A stretch of 64,000 nt of DNA from positions 1 through 64,000 of the forward strand of contig OZ237765.1 in assembly GCA_965178125.1 (NCBI GenBank), written 5' to 3'. A program made the position numbers and the translations under genes. Of this stretch, positions 11,260 through 23,400 are shown in pieces; position 1 is the first letter of the stretch, and the number at the start of each line of letters is the position of its first letter. The stretch is from Bilabrum cf. latius (taxonomy: Eukaryota). Under the pieces are notes generated by a model, which searched no databases, was not told where the DNA came from, and saw nothing but the letters and a program-made list of their open reading frames with translations.

Positions 11260-14200
11260 CACACACGACGACAGCCACGGACTACTCGCACAGCTCTCTC
11301 CGGCCGACATCCCGCCCCACCCCACACACCCGCCCTCACCACCACCCCAAACACCCAACTCACAATGCGGCCCCCGACCATATACAAGCTGACCAGCCAA
11401 TGGACATTGTCAATGACACACATGCGCCCTATCACACACGACGACAGCCACGGACTACTCGCACAGCTCTCTCCGGCCGACATCCCGCCCCACCCCACAC
11501 ACCCGCCCTCACCACCACCCCAAACACCCAACTCACAATGCGGCCCCCGACCATATACAAGCTGACCAGCCAATGGACATTGTCAATGACACACATGCGC
11601 CCTATCACACACGACGACAGCCACGGACTACTCGCACAGCTCTCTCCAGCCGACATCCCGCCCCACCCCACACACCCGCCCTCACCACCACCCCAAACAC
11701 CCAACTCACAATGCGGCCCCCGACCATATACAAGCTGACCAGCCAATGGACATCGTCAATGACACACATGCGCCCTATCACACACGACGACAGCCACGGA
11801 CTACTCGCACAGCTCTCTCCGGCCGACATCCCGCCCCACCCCACACACCCGCCCTCACCACCACCCCAAACACCCAACTCACAATGCGGCCCCCGACCAT
11901 ATACAAGCTGACCAGCCAATGGACATTGTCAATGACACACATGCGCCCTATCACACACGACGACAGCCACGGACTACTCGCACAGCTCTCTCCAGCCGAC
12001 ATCCCGCCCCACCCCACACACCCGCCCTCACCACCACCCCAAACACCCAACTCACAATGCGGCCCCCGACCATATACAAGCTGACCAGCCAATGGACATT
12101 GTCAATGACACACATGCGCCCTATCACACACGACGACAGCCACGGACTACTCGCACAGCTCTCTCCGGCCGACATCCCGCCCCACCCCACAAACCCGCCC
12201 TCACCACCACCCCAAACACCCAACTCACAATGCGGCCCCCGACCATATACAAGCTGACCAGCCAATGGACATCGTCAATGACACACATGCGCCCTATCAC
12301 ACACGACGACAGCCACGGACTACTCGCACAGCTCTCTCCGGCCGACATCCCGCCCCACCCCACACACCCGCCCTCACCACCACCCCAAACACCCAACTCA
12401 CAATGCGGCCCCCGACCATATACAAGCTGACCAGCCAATGGACATTGTCAATGACACACATGCGCCCTATCACACACGACGACAGCCACGGACTACTCGC
12501 ACAGCTCTCTCCAGCCGACATCCCGCCCCACCCCACACACCCGCCCTCACCACCACCCCAAACACCCAACTCACAATGCGGCCCCCGACCATATACAAGC
12601 TGACCAGCCAATGGACATTGTCAATGACACACATGCGCCCTATCACACACGACGACAGCCACGGACTACTCGCACAGCTCTCTCCGGCCGACATCCCGCC
12701 CCACCCCACACACCCGCCCTCACCACCACCCCAAACACCCAACTCACAATGCGGCCCCCGACCATATACAAGCTGACCAGCCAATGGACATCGTCAATGA
12801 CACACATGCGCCCTATCACACACGACGATAGCAACGGACTACTCGCACAGCTCTCTCCGGCCGACATCCCGCCCCACCCCACACACCCGCCCTCACCACC
12901 ACCCCAAACACCCAACTCACAATGCGGCCCCCGACCATATACAAGCTGACCAGCCAATGGACATTGTCAATGACACACATGCGCCCTATCACACACGACG
13001 ACAGCCACGGACTACTCGCACAGCTCTCTCCAGCCGACATCCCGCCCCACCCCACACACCCGCCCTCACCACCACCCCAAACACCCAACTCACAATGCGG
13101 CCCCCGACCATATACAAGCTGACCAGCCAATGGACATCGTCAATGACACACATGCGCCCTATCACACACGACGACAGCCACGGACTACTCGCACAGCTCT
13201 CTCCGGCCGACATCCCGCCCCACCCCACACACCCGCCCTCACCACCACCCCAAACACCCAACTCACAATGCGGCCCCCGACCATATACAAGCTGACCAGC
13301 CAATGGACATTGTCAATGACACACATGCGCCCTATCACACACGACGACAGCCACGGACTACTCGCACAGCTCTCTCCAGCCGACATCCCGCCCCACCCCA
13401 CACACCCGCCCTCACCACCACCCCAAACACCCAACTCACAATGCGGCCCCCGACCATATACAAGCTGACCAGCCAATGGACATTGTCAATGACACACATG
13501 CGCCCTATCACACACGACGACAGCCACGGACTACTCGCACAGCTCTCTCCGGCCGACATCCCGCCCCACCCCACAAACCCGCCCTCACCACCACCCCAAA
13601 CACCCAACTCACAATGCGGCCCCCGACCATATACAAGCTGACCAGCCAATGGACATCGTCAATGACACACATGCGCCCTATCACACACGACGATAGCCAC
13701 GGACTACTCGCACAGCTCTCTCCAGCCGACATCCCGCCCCACCCCACACACCCGCCCTCACCACCACCCCAAACACCCAACTCACAATGCGGCCCCCGAC
13801 CATATACAAGCTGACCAGCCAATGGACATCGTCAATGACACACATGCGCCCTATCACACACGACGACAGCCACGGACTACTCGCACAGCTCTCTCCGGCC
13901 GACATCCCGCCCCACCCCACACACCCGCCCTCACCACCACCCCAAACACCCAACTCACAATGCGGCCCCCGACCATATACAAGCTGACCAGCCAATGGAC
14001 ATCGTCAATGACACACATGCGCCCTATCACACACGACGATAGCAACGGACTACTCGCACAGCTCTCTCCAGCCGACATCCCGCCCCACCCCACACACCCG
14101 CCCTCACCACCACCCCAAACACCCAACTCACAATGCGGCCCCCGACCATATACAAGCTGACCAGCCAATGGACATCGTCAATGACACACATGCGCCCTAT

Positions 14201-15244
14201 CACACACGACGACAGCCACGGACTACTCGCACAGCTCTCTCCGGCCGACATCCCGCCCCACCCCACACACCCGCCCTCACCACCACCCCAAACACCCAAC
14301 TCACAATGCGGCCCCCGACCATATACAAGCTGACCAGCCAATGGACATCGTCAATGACACACATGCGCCCTATCACACACGACGATAGCCACGGACTACT
14401 CGCACAGCTCTCTCCGGCCGACATCCCGCCCCACCCCACACACCCGCCCTCACCACCACCCCAAACACCCAACTCACAATGCGGCCCCCGACCATATACA
14501 AGCTGACCAGCCAATGGACATCGTCAATGACACACATGCGCCCTATCACACACGACGACAGCCACGGACTACTCGCACAGCTCTCTCCGGCCGACATCCC
14601 GCCCCACCCCACACACCCGCCCTCACCACCACCCCAAACACCCAACTCACAATGCGGCCCCCGACCATATACAAGCTGACCAGCCAATGGACATTGTCAA
14701 TGACACACATGCGCCCTATCACACACGACGACAGCCACGGACTACTCGCACAGCTCTCTCCGGCCGACATCCCGCCCCACCCCACACACCCGCCCTCACC
14801 ACCACCCCAAACACCCAACTCACAATGCGGCCCCCGACCATATACAAGCTGACCAGCCAATGGACATCGTCAATGACACACATGCGCCCTATCACACACG
14901 ACGATAGCAACGGACTACTCGCACAGCTCTCTCCGGCCGACATCCCGCCCCACCCCACACACCCGCCCTCACCACCACCCCAAACACCCAACTCACAATG
15001 CGGCCCCCGACCATATACAAGCTGACCAGCCAATGGACATTGTCAATGACACACATGCGCCCTATCACACACGACGACAGCCACGGACTACTCGCACAGC
15101 TCTCTCCGGCCGACATCCCGCCCCACCCCACACACCCGCCCTCACCACCACCCCAAACACCCAACTCACAATGCGGCCCCCGACCATATACAAGCTGACC
15201 AGCCAATGGACATCGTCAATGACACACATGCGCCCTATCACACA
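11260..15244. repeat. Satellite array B, 173-bp unit, C/A-rich on + strand, about 23 near-identical copies
   Basis: Unit cacacacgacgacagccacggactactcg...gcgccctat repeats with exact 173-bp period, also visible as the 173-bp spacing of identical ORFs in the track. Only a few variable sites. Confidence 0.98.
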
Positions 15245-16349
15245 AGCTGACACCACCGGTCTATTCTAGTATTATCTCTGTATGCCACCGCTTAGTCTGC
15301 ATTGCCCTCTTGGATTTGCTAGTTTCCAAGATTTAAACTGCTAAATGTGCGGTCGGCGGCTGCAAGATGATCTTAAAACGTAGTTGGACTGTGCTGACTG
15401 TCTGTGCAAAGGTCGAATTGTTCAAGAAAGCCCGTTCACTGGTACCAATTCGAATACCATGCACTTCACAAAAGCGTTCAATTGTTGATGCTGAGAGCAG
15501 TATGATCTACAATACTCAGCACCATTACATTGATATGTATAAATGATAACCTACAGGACCTAGAAGTTGGCCAATTATCTGTCACCGTGGTGGTAGATTG
15601 GGCCTATTGACGTTGATCCATCTTTGTGCTTCTTGATAGCGCTTGAAGCACGGATACTGACAATATGAGCAATATACCATCGGAAATGTAAAGAAAATAA
15701 TATTAAGTACACACTGGGTCTCTAGTATACGCCAATATGGCCGATATATTGATACGAAATGCGACACAAACCCCTCACATATCGTCGATGGTGTCGATGA
15801 TAAGGTTCGATTTTCGACGATCGGATCACCGATTCACTAAACCATTCTTTTGCGCGGTTTCGTTTGCTTGCTGCTTGGTGGCGGCACAATGAGGGCGGGA
15901 AGTGGAGCGCAAATGTATCATGGTGGGACACGTGTGGCGGTACCCCAGCAATGTGCGTCAGCTCTTCAGTACAAACCACTGGCACTGCCCAAGTAGGTCT
16001 TCGAGTCAGCAGTGCCGCTGGATCCAACGCGCGGACAGGTCTGGGGTGGGTCCGCGGGACGTAACTTGGGTGGCGCTCAACGACGAGCAGAAACACATAG
16101 GTGATTGAGACGATCTGCTGAGGAATGTATGTGCGACCACTTAGCCGTGAAAGGTCTTGATGCGACCACCAGACGTAGGGTGTGTTAGTCTCGGAATCTG
16201 AAGAAGAAGATCAGCATCGCAAAGCGTTGAGGCCCGAGCCGATCGAACCAAACACAGACCAAGCCAAAGCCAAGTTGATACAACAGGATCGCGCGCAGTC
16301 AGGAGTGTTAGTTTTGATTCACTGTGGCACTGTTGACGACTTGCATCTG

Positions 16350-17042
16350 ATGTTGCATTCGAGACTGCCATGTGTTTGCGTTGGCATGTTTCTATTGCTG
16401 CGCTCGGCATATGCAGAGACGCCGTCTGCCGTCGGCTATTTGAGTGAATCCGCAAGCCCAACACCGCTAGTATCGCTAGCACCTGGCGCTGCGTGGGCAG
16501 TCTAGCGCGAGCAAGAGGAGCAAGCCAGGTTAGATTCACTGCCTGAGCCAAGTACCTTGCCGACCTGCAATGTAACACAGCGGGACATAGTTTGCGTGCA
16601 CGAACTCGGAGAATGCAAGCGGGTTAATCCAGCGCTGCCTGAGACGGAGGTCCATCGTCACGGCGGCAGGCCCGGGGCATTCTACGATTAGCTGGAGGAG
16701 AACCGCGGGCAGGAAGAGACAGCCGAGACGGAGGTAGAACAGGCCCAGGATTGGACGTTCGGATAGGGTGGGCTGAGCGGGCCACTAGGGGGAGGCGTAT
16801 GCACGTGCTACGATCGATTTGGAGACTGCTTGGTTGAAGCCGGTTGCGGCCGAGGGTCCATCCCGTTTGGCATCGAGCAGGAGTGCAAGGCCGTGCCGCA
16901 GTGCCGCCAGTCTCAGTGCGAGGGGATCTCTGGATCACAGAAACATGCGGTTGCAGCTGGGCAGTTCGGTGGGCTTGCGGGGGCACTGCTGCTGTCAGTG
17001 TCCTGCGTCCTGGTTGGGATGGGAGTGCCCGCGCACTGCTGA
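16350..17042 (+). CDS. Secreted Cys-rich protein with hydrophobic C-terminus, possibly GPI-anchored (three in-frame TAG)
   Basis: Signal-like MLHSRLPCVCVGMFLLLRSAYA. Frame is open to TGA at 17040 through TAG at 16503, 16689 and 16764. Cys pattern CTCYDRFGDCLVEAGC and C-terminal GLAGALLLSVSCVLVG. Confidence 0.6.
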
Positions 17043-17169
17043 TAGCTAGCGCCAAGATGTGATGTAATGGCTCGGCTGTGGCACTGGGTTTGTTGTTGCA
17101 TGTAAACCTGGTGGGAATCTCTTACTAACAACAATGCAGCCATGGCACTGCGTTGCAACAACATCTCAC

Positions 17170-18703
17170 TCACACTCCGACCCTTCGCCGCTTGACCTGG
17201 GCCTCGCGTGCCGCATCTGCGCGCCCTCGCCCCTTGCGTCGGGCCCCCGTGCCCCTCCCCGCTGCTGCCCTGCGCTCAAGCAGCGCCTGCAGTGGCACGT
17301 CCTCGTCCAGACTGGGGGAAATAGCGGCTCGGTGATCACGGGCAGCACGACCATGTGCACTCTCGACCCCACCCCTACCCCCAGCCCAGGGCAGCCTTGA
17401 CAGCAGCGCGTCTGCGAGCACCGCGTCGACATGGCTGCCACGAACCGGGCTTGCCTGCACTCCACCGAGGCACAGCCGAGCCTCTTTGCCTGGCCCTTTG
17501 GACTCTGCATCCTCGTCATCCTCAGATGAGCTGGTGCTGACGCTGCTGTCTGAGCTAGACACGCGGCTTTGTTTCGCCTGCTGCCGCTGCTTTGCTCGCC
17601 CTCGGCCCCGCCGATTTCTCAGCTGCACGCGCAGCTCCGACAGGGAGCCCACGGCGCTGGAATAACCGCAAGCCGAGCTCGTGTCTGATTCTGACTCAGA
17701 TTCCGGTTCTGAGCCACTCTCGTGACCGGGGGCTGCTTTCATCTGCGCGAGCACAGCCCGGGACACATGCACCGCACTGCAACGGCTCCACGTCGCTGCA
17801 CCAGCTCCCTGCGCCTCCGCACCATCGCGCGGCCGCTTGCCCCTCCGTGCCGGACCTCCACCGAGCCAGCCGTGCCGCCGCTGCATTGACCCGACGCCCA
17901 ACGCCCGTAGGGAACAGCCAGCGCGCAGCTTGCTGGCCAGCGAGCGCTATGTTCGGGCGTCCGTTCGCGTCGCTGCCCTGGCCTCGGAGCTGTGCAGGGC
18001 AGCGGTGGCAGCCGTGTAGTTGCTGCTGCTTGGACCGGCTGCGGCCTGGCTGCCCCTGCGCCTGTCCACTACTCTATGCAGCGGGAGCTCAGCCTCACAG
18101 GTGGGGGCACTTTGCTCTGCGCTGTGTGCCGCAGTTGTTCCCACCGCTCTGGATGACTGGCCCCCGCTCGATGCCCGCCTCCCCTGCTTGCCTCGCGCCA
18201 TGCCGTCCACCTAACTTCGGTGGAACGACACGCCGGAAGCAGCCGAGCTTAAGTCGACCCGCACCAGCTGCGGGTCGCATGCAGGCGCAGGCAGGGCCGG
18301 CATCGTGCCCTCATGATACCGGAATCCGCCCCTCTGCAGCACCCCCACCACCTGCTTGTACTTGGCAAAGGCCCTCCGGAGGCGCTGCTGCTCCGCGCCC
18401 CTTGCCACGATAGCCACGCACCTGCCCACGCCCTTGCGCCCCGTGCGCCCCATTCGCTGGATGGCCCGGATGGGAGACCCCGAAGCATCGTACATGACGA
18501 TGAGCTCCACCTCCCCGATGTCCAGACCCTCCTCCCCGATGGACGTGGCCACCAGGGTGTTGAACCGACCGGTCTTGAAGTCGCGGACCACCTGTGCCTG
18601 CTCCTTCTGCGACTGGCCTTTGGTGCTGGTGCTGGCACTGCTGCTCACTGGCTGCAGGGCGTGACTGCCTGCAGCACCCGCCGCAGAGGAAGAGGCAGAT
18701 GAG

Positions 18704-18740
<37 letters not shown>

Positions 18741-20292
18741 GTCTCGCACTCCCGGGACCAGTCTGCGTGCCCGACTACCCGATGAACGGCGCGGCTCTAA
18801 CGAGTGCCTGCCCCCCTTTGCCCGCACCGGCACTCGCTCCACTGGCACTACCCCCACCAGCACTCCCCCCACCGGCAGCCCCTGGCGCCTGCACGGCCAT
18901 GTCTGGCATCCCCTGCATCTGCCGGAGCACCTCGTGCACGGATGCTCTCGTGCTCGTGAATATGATGCACCGGCTGCTGCGGCCCTGCCTGGCTGCCTCC
19001 TAGAAGTGCCTCCGCACCACAGTCTGCAGCACAGTCAGCTTGGGGTGCAGCACGTGCCGCCCGGAAGCGTGGAGCGCCTCGGTGGCCTGCCACAGCGCCT
19101 ACCACGCATGGCTCCGAACCATCTCACGCCGACTCAGGCTGCCCCCCGAGTCTCTCCTGAAGCTCACCAGCGCGTCTCGGAAGGACCCTGTCCCGTGCAC
19201 TTCCAGCTCGCGGCGGGCGGGCAGCAGCGCCATTAGCAGCCCGAAGTCGCCCCGCACCTGCCCTGGGACCTCCACGGTCGGGGGCCGCGGGCCAGTCTGC
19301 TTCATGCCGGCGGCGGCTGCCAGTTTCTGTCCCGCCTGGGCTGCGTACGAGCTGAGCACCTGGAAGGAGAGCCTGCCCGGATCCTTGAATGGGATGAGCT
19401 TGAGGCCGTGCAGGCGCTGGATGCAAGGGCGCATGGCTACCGTGAGGAGGGACTGCAGGCGGCTGATCGCGGGGGGCAGGTCGATGACCAGCTGCTCCAC
19501 CTGTTTGTCGTGCACGTGCGCCCGCACGTCGGCGTCCTGCTCTGTCCTGGCCTCGACGTGCTGCACCCTCAGCTTGCCCAGCACCTCCTGCACCTTGGCG
19601 CGGTCGTTCCCAGGGGTGGCGCTCAGGGCGACCACGCGGAAGTGGCTCTTGGCCCGCCGTTGCCATGGCTGCAAGCTCAAGTGGGGATCTGCCTGCGGTG
19701 GCCTCGGGGGCGCCGCCGCTGCCCCTCCTGTGGCCCCTGCTGTGGCAACTCCGAGTTTCGCCGCTTGCTACGCCTCCAGTCGCTCGATTACCGTCGTGTA
19801 CGCGTACTGCCCGGTAGCCCGGTGCGCTTCATCAACCACCACAAGAACGATTCGTTGCACCGGCACGATTCCGCGGCCAAGATCATTCGAGAAACTCTAA
19901 GGAGTGCAAAAAATAACTTGCTTGTCTTGCCACGCCTTTCTGCGTTTTTCGACGCTTAATGTGCTTCCAGCAAGTAGGGCCGTGTCCTTAACGTCCATTG
20001 ACACAATTCGGTAGCAAGCTTGCACCTGTTGCGTGACTAATGGGCGAGTCGGGGCCATAAACACAACAGCACCAGTTGGAAACCACCGCAAAAAGTTATG
20101 CATGACGCAGCTAGCAATAAACGTCTTGCCAAGACCGGTTGGAAGGGCCACCAGAGTGTTCCTCAGCAAGCATGCCCGCGCGATTACCCTCTGATACTCG
20201 CGTTCTGCGTATCCAGGGCTGACCGGGAGCTCCCAGCTTCCGCAAGTTGTCATAGCGAGCGGTGGGAACCGCAATGCATTCGGTCCAGACAT
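17170..20292 (-). CDS. FANCM: FANCM/Mph1/Hef-family DEAH helicase (seven in-frame TAG)
   Basis: [33 protein letters not shown][TAG], [24 protein letters not shown][TAG][25 protein letters not shown] in one frame of 1041 codons ending TGA. TAG at 19897, 19768, 19099, 19000, 18775, 18211, 17947. Confidence 0.93.
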
Positions 20293-20483
20293 GGCCGAAA
20301 TATATATTTAAATTAATTCAGTGACAGAATCATGGCGCATTGCCCTTTGGTAGCATTTCGTCCAGTACCAGGAGGCAGAATTTGACGCATTTTGTACTTT
20401 GTAAGGTATTGTTTTGCGAGTGCGGATTTTCCGACCGGAGTTGTGCCGTGTTCGGACAAACTCTGGTGGGGGACTACAGGGAC

Positions 20484-23400
20484 ATGTCTCGTGTGCAAAA
20501 TGGTAAATTAGAAAAGAACAAGCAAGCATGCGACTGGTGCCGGAAGGCTAGGCGAAAGTAAGCAAAGATTCGGTATTTACATCGACAGTCAGACGAGCAA
20601 ACTCCCATGCCACCACCAAGCCCTTCTCGAGTCCCACGTCCGCAGATGTGAAGGAGGAATACCGTGCAAGGAGTGCTCCAAACGATCATAGATGTGCACG
20701 TTTTTGATCCCAGTTAAGAAACGCGGGCCGAAGAAGGTATGGCGGTACAACTTACGAACTCGCTTCCACGGCTTGGTCGACGGTACATGCGGTACACTGC
20801 TAATGCTTCGAGTATCTGCCTCAACATTCTCGCTCGTAGGGGTTCAAGAAAGGTCAGCAGACGGATCAGCCCTAGCAACCTGCGGATGCATCAGCTCGAG
20901 ATGCTGTGACGGCGCTCGCAGCCTTGAGGCAGAATCCTGTAGACCCGGTTGGTTCCGGTCCGGCTGGCACTCTGCTTCAAGGTCAAGCAGCGATGAATGG
21001 AGCAACAGGAATAATGCACTCGCAGCCAACATCTCGACCTAGCATCGGCAGGTTTCCAGTCGGACCAGCTGCAAATGTAGAGCGGACGGGTGCGGGGAAT
21101 CCCCTGCAGACTGCTGTGACCGCCATCGCGGGGCCCACAGCCGGGACCAGTGAGACAAAGTAGCTGCCACACGGCTGGGAGACATCGCATCAAGCAAACT
21201 CAGGCCTGCAGCTGGCTCGATTCAACGAGCAGGATATGCGCACGGCACCAATGCACGGGGCGTACGCCCACGCCAACCTGATGCAGTTGCAGCAGCAGTC
21301 GTAGCAGCAGTACGTCCACGGAATGCAGGCACCACCGCAGTCGCCACATCAATTTGCAAGACACAATTATGCGCTCACCAGCGGTGCAGGCACCCCGGCC
21401 TCCGCCTCGTTCCCCGCCTCCTCCTCCTCCAGCCCTATGGGCGCCCTGGACATGCTGGCGGCCAGCACAGTGGAGCAGCAGGCCAGGGCCTCCCTCGCGG
21501 CGGCACTGAGCGGCGCGCGGGCCGAGGCAGCCGTGCACTCGAGGCGGGCAGACGCGGCGGCACGGCGGGCCCTCGAGTCTGAGGGGCAGCTGGCAGGGCT
21601 TCGGCGGCAGGTTTCCCTCCTGCAGCTGCAGCTGAGGGAGGCGGCCCGCAGCGGGGGCTTTCGCGGCGATAGTGGGGGTTCGGCTGTGGGACAAACCGCT
21701 GGGCAAGATGCAGTGGGGGGCAGCGCGTCCAGCGGGGGGCGCTCTCCGCTGTCTGCCCCCGCTGGAAATCTCCAGCCCCCGCCTCTGGTCGATGCCTTCG
21801 CTGGCCTCGTGCCGCCCCTCGCTCTAGACACGCGGCAGCAGGCTCTCCTGGACGCGTACTTCAGGGGACCGCACTCGCTGCATGCGCTGGTGGACGAGTA
21901 TGCGCTTCGCAGGACACTGGAGCTCGCGCAGTACGAGACGATAGCGGACAGGCGCGGCCTGCAGATCCTGCTTGATGGTCCGGTGCCCTTGCCTGCCGCG
22001 CCAAAGGGAACTGGCTCGAGTCAGACGTCGTACGATGGTGAACGTCAGAGTAACGGGTACGGAATAGAGCGCTTGACAGAGCCGGGCGAGGACGCTACGC
22101 CGCTGGGTCGCAAGAGAGCGAGGGGGTCAGTGGAAGGATCCTCTGGTGATCGTGATCGTGATCGTGGGCCTTGGGGACCACCTTCCAAGCGGCCCAGATC
22201 AGACTCTCCACTGAGTGACAGTCCGCTACCGCTGGGACTCGCCGTAGAGGCAGCCGCGAGGGGCATGCTTCGGTCGCGCCTGCACAGGGGGGCTGCAGCA
22301 CGCGCCCTCACATTCGCGTGCATGGCCACAGCTGCTGATCTGCTGGCCAGGGCGCGGGGCATTGGGGTGTCCTCACTGGCATCCCAGCGGGAGTTGGCTG
22401 GGCTCATGAGACTGGGGCTGCTGTACCTGCGGGTGTGTGAGGCGGCGCCCTCCCCAGAGAGCAGAGTAGCTTCCATCCTGCTCGGCGTGCTGCTGGGAAG
22501 GGTCTGCTCAGATCGACAGGGGCTGCTGGCTCGGTTGCATGCCGCGGCTGTGTCAAGGGGTTCAGGCGAAAAGGCAGACCCCGGGATAGCCGCAGCATTG
22601 GTGTATCATGATCAGGCGAGTGCGCCGGTCAGTCTAGATGCAGATTGGGCGCCTGGACGTGGTGTCTCAGGCTGGTCCTCCTATGTCGATGGCTTGCAGC
22701 ATACGTCGCCGTCCAATGATGATCCCCGTAGGAGTGATGGCAGGAATGCGGCATGGAGTGCAATGGACATGGCCCGCTCGCTCGGAGAGTCCACTGCATG
22801 GATGAGGCACAGCCTAGCACAGCACTCGGCCTCGCATGACAGCAGCAAGGCGTCCATCGCGACACTCGGTGAGGGTGCCCCAGCCTCGGCATGGACTGAG
22901 TCCTTCGCAGACCGGCACGGGCGGGGCTGGCCTGCAGCTGCAGTGCGACTCCTGGATGCAGCTATCGCCCGACTGAGAGAAGCTGAGTTGGCCGCTCGAT
23001 CTGCCCCGAGTCGCACAGGACACTCCTCTTCATCGGCGCCATCTGCCTCGTCTTCATCTTCGTCTGCCGCTGCTTCAGAAGTATTGCCTCTCTCCAGCAA
23101 CCCCCTGCACCTCCCCAGCATGGCCATATTGGAGGGAGCGAGAGCTACGCTGCTGGTCCGAAGGGAGGAGGCGCGGGCAGGCGGGCAGGTGGGGGAGCAT
23201 GGGGGCTCTGACGGCCGGAGGCTGGCAGCGGAAGCAGCGGAGAGGTGCGTCTTGGAGCTGCAGCTGCTGGGAGGAGGAGCTGCGCTCGGGGCAGAGGCGA
23301 GTGCGGCCGGGGCCGGGATGCAGTCGCCGGTGGTGTGGTCCGAGGAGTGCTAGCTGTGCGCGCGGGCTGCAGAGCAGGCGCTGCGGTTTGTGCTAGGGAT

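Noticed and set aside
11260-15244. CRISPR-like array
   Set aside because: Whole units are near-identical with no unique spacers, the context is eukaryotic, and no cas genes are present.
8685-15269. Numerous repeated ORFs in the track over the satellite arrays
   Set aside because: They are artefacts of tandem repeats. The 173-bp unit is not a multiple of three, ORFs appear in all frames, and there are no domain motifs.
17170-20292. Pyrrolysine or selenocysteine-type recoding of TAG
   Set aside because: TAGs are too numerous, occur in tandem and in non-catalytic or Gln-conserved positions, and no pyl genes or insertion elements are visible.
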